Assembly: GCA_949745755.1 (NCBI GenBank)
Contig: CATJZL010000044.1
Location: 1-55,909 of the forward strand
Direction: 5' to 3'
Length of the DNA stretch: 55,909 nucleotides
From: an uncultured Bacilli bacterium
GTDB taxonomy: Bacteria > Bacillota_I > Bacilli_A > RF39 > UBA660
Shown: piece by piece, positions 30,947 through 39,252 of the stretch
How the letters are laid out: the number at the start of each line of letters is the position of its first letter
Numbering within the stretch: position 1 is the stretch's first letter
The notes under the pieces: generated by a model
Told to the model about the DNA's origin: nothing
The model's database searches: none
The model's input: the letters and a program-made list of their open reading frames with translations, nothing else
Position numbers and translations under genes: made by a program

Positions 30947-30978
30947 TATAGATTGGTTTGAATCTATATTTTTATTTG
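30945..30978 (+). terminator. rho-independent terminator after the pseudogene
   Basis: AATATAGATT-GGTTTG-AATCTATATT perfect 10-bp stem followed by a TTTTATTT tail. Confidence 0.7.
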
Positions 30979-31032
30979 ACTTTTTTACTGACAAATGTTA
31001 TTTGATATGTTAAAATTAGATAGGTGAGTAGA

Positions 31033-31443
31033 ATGAAAAATAGAAGTGAACTTAGAGAAGTTATTATGAAGGTTTTATATCAAATTTTTATAATGAAAGA
31101 GGCTAGGCTTTCTTATGATTTAGATAGTATTAAAAAAGATTTATTAGAAATAGAAAATGAATTTGTTAATCAGGTGACTAGTGGTGTTTTAGATCATTTT
31201 GATTTTTTGATTTCTTTTGCTAATAAATATTTAGATGGTTGGAGTATGGAACGTTTTAATTTTGTAGATCAAGCTATTATATGTATGGGATTATATGAAT
31301 TAAAGTATACAGATACTCCACCTATTGTTGCGATTAATGAGGCTGTTGAACTCTCTAAAAAATATTCTGATGAGGATATGCGAAAATTAATTAATGGACT
31401 ACTTGATAAATATTATCATCAGGAGATAGAAAATGGAAAGTAA
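31033..31443 (+). CDS. nusB: transcription antitermination factor NusB
   Basis: R.ELREVIMKVLYQ start and AINEAVELSKKY helix typical of NusB. GTG 31024 is an alternative start. Followed by xseA/xseB, as in Bacillus. Confidence 0.85.
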   Translation: MKNRSELREVIMKVLYQIFIMKEARLSYDLDSIKKDLLEIENEFVNQVTSGVLDHFDFLISFANKYLDGWSMERFNFVDQAIICMGLYELKYTDTPPIVAINEAVELSKKYSDEDMRKLINGLLDKYYHQEIENGK

Positions 31444-32686
31444 ATATATTAGTATTGGACAACTTAATCGCTATATTAAATATAAAATGGATAATGATAT
31501 AAATTTGCAAAATGTTTATTTAAAGGGAGAGATATCTAACTTTAAAGCTCATACTAGAGGACATTTTTATTTTACGTTAAAAGATGAGGAGAGTCGAATT
31601 AATGCCATTATGTTTCATACAAGTGCCAGTAAAGTTAAATTTATTCCTCAAGATGGAACGAAAGTGCTTATTTCGGGTAAAATTAATGTTTATGTAGCGA
31701 ATGGTGCTTATCAGATTTATGTTGATGAGATGCTTGAAGATGGAGTGGGAAATTTATATATTGCATTTGAACAGTTAAAGAAAAAACTAAAGGAAGAAGG
31801 ATTATTTGATTCAATACATAAGAAAAAAATACCTAAAATACCATCTAAAATTGGAGTTGTTACTGCGCCAACTGGTGCTGCAATTCGTGATATTACTTCT
31901 ACTATTCGGAGAAGATGGCCACTGGCTGAGGTGATTTTATTTCCTGCTCTTGTTCAGGGAGAATTTGCTAAAGACAGTGTAAGTATGCAAATTAAGCGTG
32001 CTGATGCTTTTGAACTTGATGTTTTGATTGTAGGCAGAGGTGGAGGCAGTATAGAAGATTTGTGGTGTTTTAATGAGGAAATTGTAGCTAGAACTATTTT
32101 TAATGCTAAAACCCCTATTATAAGTGCTGTTGGTCATGAGGTAGATTTTACTATTGCTGATTTTGTTAGCGATATGCGAGCTCCTACACCTACAGGTGCT
32201 GCAGAGATGGCTGTTCCTAGTCGAGGTGATGTGGAGTCTTATTTAAGTCAATTGTCTATACGTCTTAATAAAGTTATGCAAAATAAGATTACTATTCGTA
32301 AGCAAAAGCTAGAACAGATTATGTCTAGATCTATTTTTAAAAATCCTATTCGTATGTATGAGGTAAAAGAGCAACAGTTTTCTAATCTTTTGGATAAGCT
32401 TAAGTATAATATTGTTCATTTATATAATACTAAAAATAATCAATATGAGAAATTGATGCAAAGTATATTATTTAAAGAGCCCTTAAAATTGATTGAAAAA
32501 AGTAAAAATAGATATTTGATTACCTTAAGTAAATTAGAAACATTAAGTCCTATTCTTACTATTAAAAGGGGATATTCTGTAGCAAGGAAGAACAATAAAA
32601 TTATAAAAAGTGTATCAGAAGTGCAGAAAAATGATCTTATTGAGATTGAAGTTTGTGATGGAAAAATAAAGACGGAGGTAGTTTAA
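31433..32686 (+). CDS. xseA: exodeoxyribonuclease VII large subunit
   Basis: OB-fold N-terminus (VYLKGEISNFKAHTRGHFYFTLKD), IGVVTAPTGAAIRD, GRGGGSIEDLWCFN, ISAVGHEVDFTIADFV. Overlaps the nusB end by 11 nt. Confidence 0.9.
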   Translation: MESKYISIGQLNRYIKYKMDNDINLQNVYLKGEISNFKAHTRGHFYFTLKDEESRINAIMFHTSASKVKFIPQDGTKVLISGKINVYVANGAYQIYVDEMLEDGVGNLYIAFEQLKKKLKEEGLFDSIHKKKIPKIPSKIGVVTAPTGAAIRDITSTIRRRWPLAEVILFPALVQGEFAKDSVSMQIKRADAFELDVLIVGRGGGSIEDLWCFNEEIVARTIFNAKTPIISAVGHEVDFTIADFVSDMRAPTPTGAAEMAVPSRGDVESYLSQLSIRLNKVMQNKITIRKQKLEQIMSRSIFKNPIRMYEVKEQQFSNLLDKLKYNIVHLYNTKNNQYEKLMQSILFKEPLKLIEKSKNRYLITLSKLETLSPILTIKRGYSVARKNNKIIKSVSEVQKNDLIEIEVCDGKIKTEVV

Positions 32687-32914
32687 ATGGAAAAGAAGGA
32701 ACAAAGTTTTGAAGAGAGTTTGTTACAGCTTGAAGGAATTGTAAGAAAGCTTGAGGGTGGCGATATTCCTTTAGATGAGGCAATTGCTAGATATACTGAT
32801 GCAATGCATTTATCTAAAGTTTGTAGTGAAAAATTAAAAAATGCTGAAGAAGCAATCAATAAAATTGTAAAAGAAGATGGAAGTATAGAAGAGTTTGAAA
32901 ACATTGAAGAGTAG
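32687..32914 (+). CDS. xseB: exodeoxyribonuclease VII small subunit
   Basis: 75 aa; SFEESLLQLEGIVRKLEGGDIPLDEAI signature. Confidence 0.85.
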   Translation: MEKKEQSFEESLLQLEGIVRKLEGGDIPLDEAIARYTDAMHLSKVCSEKLKNAEEAINKIVKEDGSIEEFENIEE

Positions 32915-32929
32915 AAAAGAGGAATAAAT

Positions 32930-34153
32930 ATGTATTTTTCTAATATAAGTAAAGAAGAGTTTAAAGAGTTTTCTGATCATAGTTCTATGAAGACTTTTAT
33001 GCAAACAGAGGAAGTGGCAATGTTGCGAGAAAAAAATGGTTGGAAGAGTCATTTTGTTGGCGTAAAAAAAGATGATATTTTAGTAGCTGCTGCCATGCTT
33101 TTATCTAAAAGACGTCATTTTGGTAGATATGAATTTTACTCTCCAAGAGGATTTCTTTTAGATTATAATGATTTTTTATTACTTGATTTTTTTACTCAGG
33201 AAATGAAAAAATATGTGAAGAAGAATAAGGGTTATATGTTTCGTATTGATCCTTATATTATAAATGTTGAAAGAGATGGAAATGGAAATATTTTGGAAAA
33301 TGGAATAGATCATTCCGCTATTAAAAAACATTTGTTTCAATTAGGGTATAAGTGTATTCCAAAAGAAAAAAGGGAACAAGTTTCTTGGATGTATGTTTTA
33401 GACATTGATGGAAAAAGTGAAGATGAAGTATTTAAAAATATGAAGCAAAATACTCGTAATATTATTCGAAAAACGTTGAAGCATGGTATTGAAATTCAGG
33501 AACTGAGTAAAAGTGAATTAAAAGAGTTTTATAAAATAATGGAGGATACTGGTAAACGAAAAGGTTTTGCCATTCGAAATTTACAATATTATGAAAATAT
33601 GTATGATGCTTTTTATGATAAGGGTGAAATAAAATATTTAGTTGCTAAACTTGATTTAGATAAACAAATAAAAGTATTAAGTGAAGAGGTCGATTGTTGT
33701 TTAAAAGAAAAAGAAAAATTAGATGGTAATAAACATCATGAAGGAAAAATTAAAAGTTTAGATGAGCAAGTTCAAGGACTTTTAAAAACGATTAAGATGG
33801 CTGAAGAAATTAGAAAACGAGATGGGAATATTATAACTTTATCTGGTTCTCAATTTATGTTAGTGCAACCTGAAGTTATTTATTTATCTAGTGGTAATTA
33901 TGAGGAGTATTTGTTTTATAATTCTCAATATTTGATACAGTGGGAAATGATAAAATATGCAGTTAAAAATGGTTTTAAAAGATATAATTTTTATGGAATT
34001 ACTGGTAATTTTGATCCTAATGATAAAGATTATGGAATATATAAATTTAAAACAGGTTTTAATGGGTATTGTGAGGAACTAATAGGAGAATATGTTATGC
34101 CTGTTTCTTTTCATTATTATCTTTTAGATTTTCTTATGCGTTTTAAAAAATAA
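32930..34153 (+). CDS. FemAB-family peptidoglycan interpeptide-bridge aminoacyltransferase
   Basis: FMQTEEVAMLREKNGWKSHFVGV....YSPRGFLLDY N-terminal pattern, central coiled-coil insertion, C-terminal RYNFYGI...GIYKFKTGF motifs. Confidence 0.75.
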   Translation: MYFSNISKEEFKEFSDHSSMKTFMQTEEVAMLREKNGWKSHFVGVKKDDILVAAAMLLSKRRHFGRYEFYSPRGFLLDYNDFLLLDFFTQEMKKYVKKNKGYMFRIDPYIINVERDGNGNILENGIDHSAIKKHLFQLGYKCIPKEKREQVSWMYVLDIDGKSEDEVFKNMKQNTRNIIRKTLKHGIEIQELSKSELKEFYKIMEDTGKRKGFAIRNLQYYENMYDAFYDKGEIKYLVAKLDLDKQIKVLSEEVDCCLKEKEKLDGNKHHEGKIKSLDEQVQGLLKTIKMAEEIRKRDGNIITLSGSQFMLVQPEVIYLSSGNYEEYLFYNSQYLIQWEMIKYAVKNGFKRYNFYGITGNFDPNDKDYGIYKFKTGFNGYCEELIGEYVMPVSFHYYLLDFLMRFKK

Positions 34154-34203
34154 TTTTTTTGGAATTATTTATTTGTGCTATATTTTTATTGGGGTGTGTA
34201 TAT

Positions 34204-34740
34204 ATGTTAGATGAAATTTATAAAATAGATAAAGATTTTACAGAGGATAAGTTTAAAACTTTTGTTGATAATATTTTTATACAAATTCACTTAGCTATTA
34301 TGACTAAAGAACTTTATAAAATAGAACATTTTGTATCAGATGAGGTTTATTCCTGGCTATTAGAAAAAGTAGATAAATTACAATTAAAAAAAAGAATTCA
34401 GATGTATGATGAGTTGAATGTCAAGGAAACTAAAATTAATAGTGGAAGAATAATTGAGGGGGATATGTATATAGACGTTACTATAGTTTCTAGATATATG
34501 GATTATTTGTTGACAGAAGATGGGGAGTATATTTCTGGAAATAATTTATCAAGAGTGGAAAAAGAAAATCATTTAATATTTAAGAAAAAAATAAATGCAA
34601 AAAAGCTTCTCACAAATCGTAAATGTTCATCTTGTGGAGCTTCTTTAGATATCAATAGAAATGGAAAATGTGATTATTGTGGTACTGTATTTAACTTAGA
34701 TGAAAAAAGTTGGGTGCTTGTAGAATTTGAGGTTTGTTAA
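34204..34740 (+). CDS. Tim44-like-domain protein with C-terminal zinc ribbon (paralog 1, apparently cytosolic)
   Basis: GGGGTG SD 7 nt before ATG 34204. DFTEDKFKTFVDNIFIQIHLA... block and CSSCGASLD...CDYCG ribbon. The TTG 34159 start in the track would add a hydrophobic N-terminus but has no SD. Confidence 0.55.
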   Translation: MLDEIYKIDKDFTEDKFKTFVDNIFIQIHLAIMTKELYKIEHFVSDEVYSWLLEKVDKLQLKKRIQMYDELNVKETKINSGRIIEGDMYIDVTIVSRYMDYLLTEDGEYISGNNLSRVEKENHLIFKKKINAKKLLTNRKCSSCGASLDINRNGKCDYCGTVFNLDEKSWVLVEFEVC

Positions 34741-34741
34741 T

Positions 34742-35596
34742 ATGAAATCAAAACTTAAAAAAATTTTATTTTTACTTTTTCTTTTGTTTTCCTTTTTTTA
34801 TACATTTAATATAAAGGCTGATTCAGGTTGGGATGGAAGCTATGATTATGGTTCGAGTGGAGGATTTAGTAGTTCTTCAGATTATTGGAGTAGTAGTTCT
34901 AGTTGGTCTAATAACCATGATTATGATGGAGAAGTTGATCCCATATTTGTTTTAGTTATTTTAGTTATTATTATTGTTGTATCTATTTTGTTTCATTCTT
35001 CAAAATTTAATTTGATAACTTCTTCTTGGGATTTTGAACTGGACGACATCCATTTACCATCTGATTCTATAGAAAAAATAAAGAAAATATTACCTGATTT
35101 TACAGAGGAGAAATTTTTTAAGCAAATTTTTGTTATTTATAAAGAGATTCAAATCGCTTGGATGAATTTTGATTATGATATTTTGAGAAAATATACAACA
35201 GATGAACTTTATAATAGTTATAAGGCTCAACTAACTATTTTGCAGGCAAAAAAACAAAAAAATATTATGGAAGATTTTGAGTTTATTGCATGTAAAATTG
35301 TAGGAATGGAACATAATAAAGATAGTATTTCTTTAAAAGTACATATGATAGTTGAATGTTCGGATTATGTAATTGATAAAAATAAAAAAATCGTTCGAGG
35401 AAATAAAAATAAAATCAAATACTATTATGAGATGACATTTATAAAAGGATTAGAGAGAGAAAATAAATGTCCAAGTTGTGGTGCAGAACTTGATGCAAAT
35501 TCTAATAAATGTCCATTTTGTAGATCAATTATTGTAAGTAATAGTCATGATTTTGTATTATCTAAAAAACAGGTTTTAAAACAAAAGCAAAAATAA
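34742..35596 (+). CDS. membrane protein: signal/anchor, Ser/Gly/Trp-rich ectodomain, TM helix, Tim44-like domain, zinc ribbon (paralog 2)
   Basis: MKSKLKKILFLLFLLFSFF..KA leader, SGWDGSYDYGSSGGFSSSSDYWSSSSSWSNN, TM IFVLVILVIIIVVSILF, DFTEEKFFKQIFVIYKEIQIAW..., CPSCGAELD...CPFC. Confidence 0.6.
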   Translation: MKSKLKKILFLLFLLFSFFYTFNIKADSGWDGSYDYGSSGGFSSSSDYWSSSSSWSNNHDYDGEVDPIFVLVILVIIIVVSILFHSSKFNLITSSWDFELDDIHLPSDSIEKIKKILPDFTEEKFFKQIFVIYKEIQIAWMNFDYDILRKYTTDELYNSYKAQLTILQAKKQKNIMEDFEFIACKIVGMEHNKDSISLKVHMIVECSDYVIDKNKKIVRGNKNKIKYYYEMTFIKGLERENKCPSCGAELDANSNKCPFCRSIIVSNSHDFVLSKKQVLKQKQK

Positions 35597-35701
35597 ATCT
35601 AATTTATTATGAGTAGAATTTATTTTGTAAAAAATTGCTAAGTTAAAAAAAATAGAATGGTTCATAATAGTAATGTAGTTTGTTATTGGGAGATGATTTT
35701 T

Positions 35702-36685
35702 ATGAAAAAAATGAACAAACTACTTGTATTATGGGCTTTTCTTCTTTTTATAGTACCTATAAATATTTTTGCATATTCTGATTATATTATACCAGGGGGA
35801 GATAATGTTGGAATTGAAGTGCATTCAAATGGAGTGTTGGTTGTTGGATTTTATAAAGTAGATGATAAATTTATTGCCAGAGATAGTGGATTTTTAGTAG
35901 GAGATTCTATTATTAAAGTTAATAATAAAGAAATTTATTCTATTGATGATATGGTTAACATTATAAAAGATACGAATGGTAAAGATACAAAATTTACAAT
36001 TAATCGAGATGGAAAGGAAAAAACAATTCATTTGAAAGATAGTTTAGATCATGGTGGTGTATATAAAACAGGAATGTATGTAAAAGATAAAATAGTGGGG
36101 ATAGGTACATTAACCTATATTGATCCTAATACAAAGAAATTTGGGGCATTAGGTCATGAAATAGATGAAAAGACAACAGCTGAAAAATTTGAAATAAAAG
36201 ATGGAAAGATTTTTAAATCAAATGTTACAGGAATAGAAAGAAGTGAGAGTGGTAGTGCAGGTGAAAAAAATGCAACTTATGATGCAAATACAATTTATGG
36301 GAATATAGAGAAAAATTCTACATCAGGTATTTTTGGAGATTATACTAGTGGTTTTCCTGATACAGAGAAATTAAAAGTGGCAGCAGTTGATGAAGTACGA
36401 ACTGGGGAAGCGAAAATCAGAACTGTTATACAAGATAATAAGGTAGAAGAGTTTATTATTAACATTATTAAGTTAGATTATAATGGAGATACAAAAAATA
36501 TTTTATTTGAGGTTACAGATAAGGAACTTCTCAATAAAACAGGAGGAATTGTACAGGGAATGAGTGGTTCTCCAATTATTCAGAATAATATGATTGTGGG
36601 TGCAGTTACTCATGTCATTGTAAATGATACTTCTAAGGGATATGGTATATTTATAACGACTATGCTTAAAGAAGGTGAAAGTTAA
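35702..36685 (+). CDS. spoIVB: SpoIVB peptidase (S55), sporulation signalling protease
   Basis: Signal anchor, PDZ (GFLVGDSIIKVNNKEI), GTLTYIDPNTKKFGALGH (His), GMSGSPII (Ser) catalytic motifs. Confidence 0.9.
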   Translation: MKKMNKLLVLWAFLLFIVPINIFAYSDYIIPGGDNVGIEVHSNGVLVVGFYKVDDKFIARDSGFLVGDSIIKVNNKEIYSIDDMVNIIKDTNGKDTKFTINRDGKEKTIHLKDSLDHGGVYKTGMYVKDKIVGIGTLTYIDPNTKKFGALGHEIDEKTTAEKFEIKDGKIFKSNVTGIERSESGSAGEKNATYDANTIYGNIEKNSTSGIFGDYTSGFPDTEKLKVAAVDEVRTGEAKIRTVIQDNKVEEFIINIIKLDYNGDTKNILFEVTDKELLNKTGGIVQGMSGSPIIQNNMIVGAVTHVIVNDTSKGYGIFITTMLKEGES

Positions 36686-36686
36686 G

Positions 36687-36708
36687 GAAAGATAAATTCT
36701 TTCTTTTT
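36687..36708 (+). terminator. possible terminator after spoIVB
   Basis: GAAAGA-TAAAT-TCTTTC stem-loop followed by TTTTT. Confidence 0.4.
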
Positions 36709-36761
36709 CCTTTTGTCATATTTTTTAGGATATGGCACATACTAATACTGGTGATAAATAT

Positions 36762-37475
36762 ATGGATATAAATGAAATGTTTATGCTTATTGGAAAATGT
36801 TTTTTATCTGTTATTATTTTATTCATTGTTACTAAAATAACAGGAAAAAAGCAAGTATCTCAGCTTAGTTTATTTGATTATGTAATTGGTATTTCTATTG
36901 GAAATTTTATAGCTGAGATGGTTTTAAATGCTGAGGTTAAATTTTCAGATGGGATTCTTGCTATGTTTGTGTTTGGTCTTATTTCTTATATTGTGTCTTA
37001 TATTTCTATGAAAAGTATTATGTTAAGACGTTTTATTATAGGAGTTCCTACCGTTATTGTTGAGGATGGTAAAATTATTGAGTCTGGGCTTGTTAAAACC
37101 AATATTGATATTAATGATTTTTTAGAGCAATGTAGATTGCAAGGATATTTTAATGTAGATGATATTAGTTATGCTATTATGGAAGCAAGTGGAGATATTA
37201 GTATTTTGCCAAAAAGTAAAGCAACCCCTGTTACTCGAAGTGATATGAAAATAAGGGGACAAAAGGAGATTTTAACTGCTAATCTAATTATTGATGGTAA
37301 ATTTCTTAATCAAAACATAAAGGGGTGTAACTTGACTATTAATAAAGTAAAAGATGAACTTCGAAAAAAGGGATATCAGGATGAAAGTAATATTTTACTA
37401 GCTGTTTATTCTAATAAACAAATCTTATTTTATGAAAAAGATGTTGATACTAAAAATCATTCTTTATTAGAATGA
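36762..37475 (+). CDS. DUF421 (YetF/YdfS-like) membrane protein
   Basis: ITGKKQVSQLSLFDYVIGISIGNF N-terminal TM pattern and a C-terminal soluble domain typical of DUF421. GGTGA SD before ATG 36762. Confidence 0.7.
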   Translation: MDINEMFMLIGKCFLSVIILFIVTKITGKKQVSQLSLFDYVIGISIGNFIAEMVLNAEVKFSDGILAMFVFGLISYIVSYISMKSIMLRRFIIGVPTVIVEDGKIIESGLVKTNIDINDFLEQCRLQGYFNVDDISYAIMEASGDISILPKSKATPVTRSDMKIRGQKEILTANLIIDGKFLNQNIKGCNLTINKVKDELRKKGYQDESNILLAVYSNKQILFYEKDVDTKNHSLLE

Positions 37476-37538
37476 TTTTTTACTTGTATTTTGATAACAG
37501 CTGATTTATAATATTTGATAATTAGTAGGGGTAGGAGT

Positions 37539-38405
37539 ATGAGAATTGAAGAAATTATAACGAGTCATTCGCCTATAGTTTACTTAAATCGAAGGGCGGA
37601 TTTACGAAAAATTGAAGGGATAATAAATCAAAAGTGTGATTTCATTCATCACTATGAGTCTAATTTTTATGAGTTTGATGATTTGATTTATTACTATAAA
37701 GATGATACATCTTATTTAACACCTTCTTATTTATTTAATGATTTGCTTGGAGTAGAATTTTGCAAAGCTATAGAACTGGATACTGTAGAGTATGAAATTG
37801 CTAGAAAGAATAATTCTATAGGACTTGCTTCTAAAAATTTTAAGGATATAGATCAATTTGAATATTTTTATCTTTCTGATTTAGATTATAAAATGAAATT
37901 GGGGACAGATGGTTTTGAACATATTCATTTTTTGATAAATCAATGTACTAGTCGTGTTAATCAAGATAAATTATTAGAGCAAATATTTAAGTTACTTAGT
38001 ATTGATATAGCTATGTTTCAATATGATAGGCATGTATTAAATTTACAATTTAAGAGAAATAGAGATACAAATTTTTTGGAATTAGCGCCTATTTATGACT
38101 TTGAGCGTTGTAGAGAACAAGTAAACTTGAATTATTTTTCCTTTTTTCATATTCTTATAAATCTGAATTTTGATACAGTGCACGCTTTAGGTAGAATGTA
38201 TCCTTTATTTATGGATATTTTAGACCAGGTATATTCTATTGATATGTTACAACTTATTGAATATATATGGCAAAATTTGCAGTTTAATAGGGAGTCTTAT
38301 TTTTACTATAATATAGTTTCTTATTATGAACAGAAAAGAGTTAATCAAAGGCAATTACTAAAAAAATTTTACAAAAGAAAATACTATAAGGATAGTATTA
38401 AATAA
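37539..38405 (+). CDS. HipA_C-like (kinase-fold) protein lacking the HipA N-terminal domains
   Basis: FQYDRHVLNLQF (D-x-H-x-x-N catalytic-loop-like) followed by LELAPIYDFE (the aP.YD motif of the HipA C-terminal domain). About 288 aa. Confidence 0.4.
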   Translation: MRIEEIITSHSPIVYLNRRADLRKIEGIINQKCDFIHHYESNFYEFDDLIYYYKDDTSYLTPSYLFNDLLGVEFCKAIELDTVEYEIARKNNSIGLASKNFKDIDQFEYFYLSDLDYKMKLGTDGFEHIHFLINQCTSRVNQDKLLEQIFKLLSIDIAMFQYDRHVLNLQFKRNRDTNFLELAPIYDFERCREQVNLNYFSFFHILINLNFDTVHALGRMYPLFMDILDQVYSIDMLQLIEYIWQNLQFNRESYFYYNIVSYYEQKRVNQRQLLKKFYKRKYYKDSIK

Positions 38406-38490
38406 AGTAGATTACGAGCATTCCGAAAAAGCTTATTACCATTACTATTAATAAAATTAAAGAAATAATTCTAACAACTTTTTTATTCAT
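38398..38490 (-). CDS. unannotated 30-aa hydrophobic peptide (MNKKVVRIISLILLIVMVISFFGMLVIYFI)
   Basis: Below the ORF-track cutoff. GAGGTG SD 5 nt before the ATG (38488-38490, minus strand). Upstream on the minus strand: TTTACT-17 nt-TATAAT. Single TM helix after an N-terminal KK. Its 3' end overlaps the convergent gene by 8 nt. Confidence 0.45.
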   Translation of the reverse strand: MNKKVVRIISLILLIVMVISFFGMLVIYFI

Positions 38491-38591
38491 TCTTACACCT
38501 CACTATTATTATAAAATAAATGTAGTAAAAAGTAAAAGAAAAAATTTAATAATCAAAATTAGTTCTACATAGTATTTTGTAGGTGATAGAA

Positions 38592-39218
38592 ATGAATAAA
38601 GCAAAATATATAGCAGAATATAATAAAAATACAAAGAGAAGGTTATTTAAGGTACTGATATATATTAGTATTATTAGTTTTATTTTAGGTGTTTTTTATG
38701 TTGCTGTTATCTCTAAGTCAGAGCAAAAAATGATTAAAATGAGTTTTGATGCCTTTTTTGAAAGCATTAAAAGTAACCAATTAGACTCTCTTAATATGTT
38801 TATCAATAATTGTTTTTCTAATATATTGGTTACAATTCTTGTATGGATATTTGGAATTTCTATTATTGGTATTCCTATTAGCATTTTTTATTTAATATCA
38901 AAAAGTTTTGTTTTAGGCTTTACGATTAGTAGTTTGATTTATACATATTCTTTTAAGGGACTTGTTCCTAGTCTTCTTTATTGTATACCTTTCTTTTTTA
39001 ATTTTGCAATTATTTTTATCTTGATGTTTTATGCTATTAATTTTTCTAAAATGCTTTATCTTCATTTATTTAAAGGAAGCGATTTTAATTTGAAGAAAAA
39101 AACAATTGTTTATACCAAGGTTCTTTTGATTTCTGTTTTTCTTCTTTTTATTAGTGCATTGCTATCGAGTTACCTTTTGCCAATTTTGTTAAAGTCTTTT
39201 ACAAATTTATTTATTTAG
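38592..39218 (+). CDS. spoIIM: stage II sporulation protein M-like membrane protein
   Basis: About 208 aa, 5 predicted TM segments, with a charged N-terminus followed by the first TM and a soluble loop, as in SpoIIM. AGGTGA SD before ATG 38592. Assignment by architecture only. Confidence 0.45.
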   Translation: MNKAKYIAEYNKNTKRRLFKVLIYISIISFILGVFYVAVISKSEQKMIKMSFDAFFESIKSNQLDSLNMFINNCFSNILVTILVWIFGISIIGIPISIFYLISKSFVLGFTISSLIYTYSFKGLVPSLLYCIPFFFNFAIIFILMFYAINFSKMLYLHLFKGSDFNLKKKTIVYTKVLLISVFLLFISALLSSYLLPILLKSFTNLFI

Positions 39219-39252
39219 AGTATAATCTAAGAAGTAGAGGTGATTGTACTTT

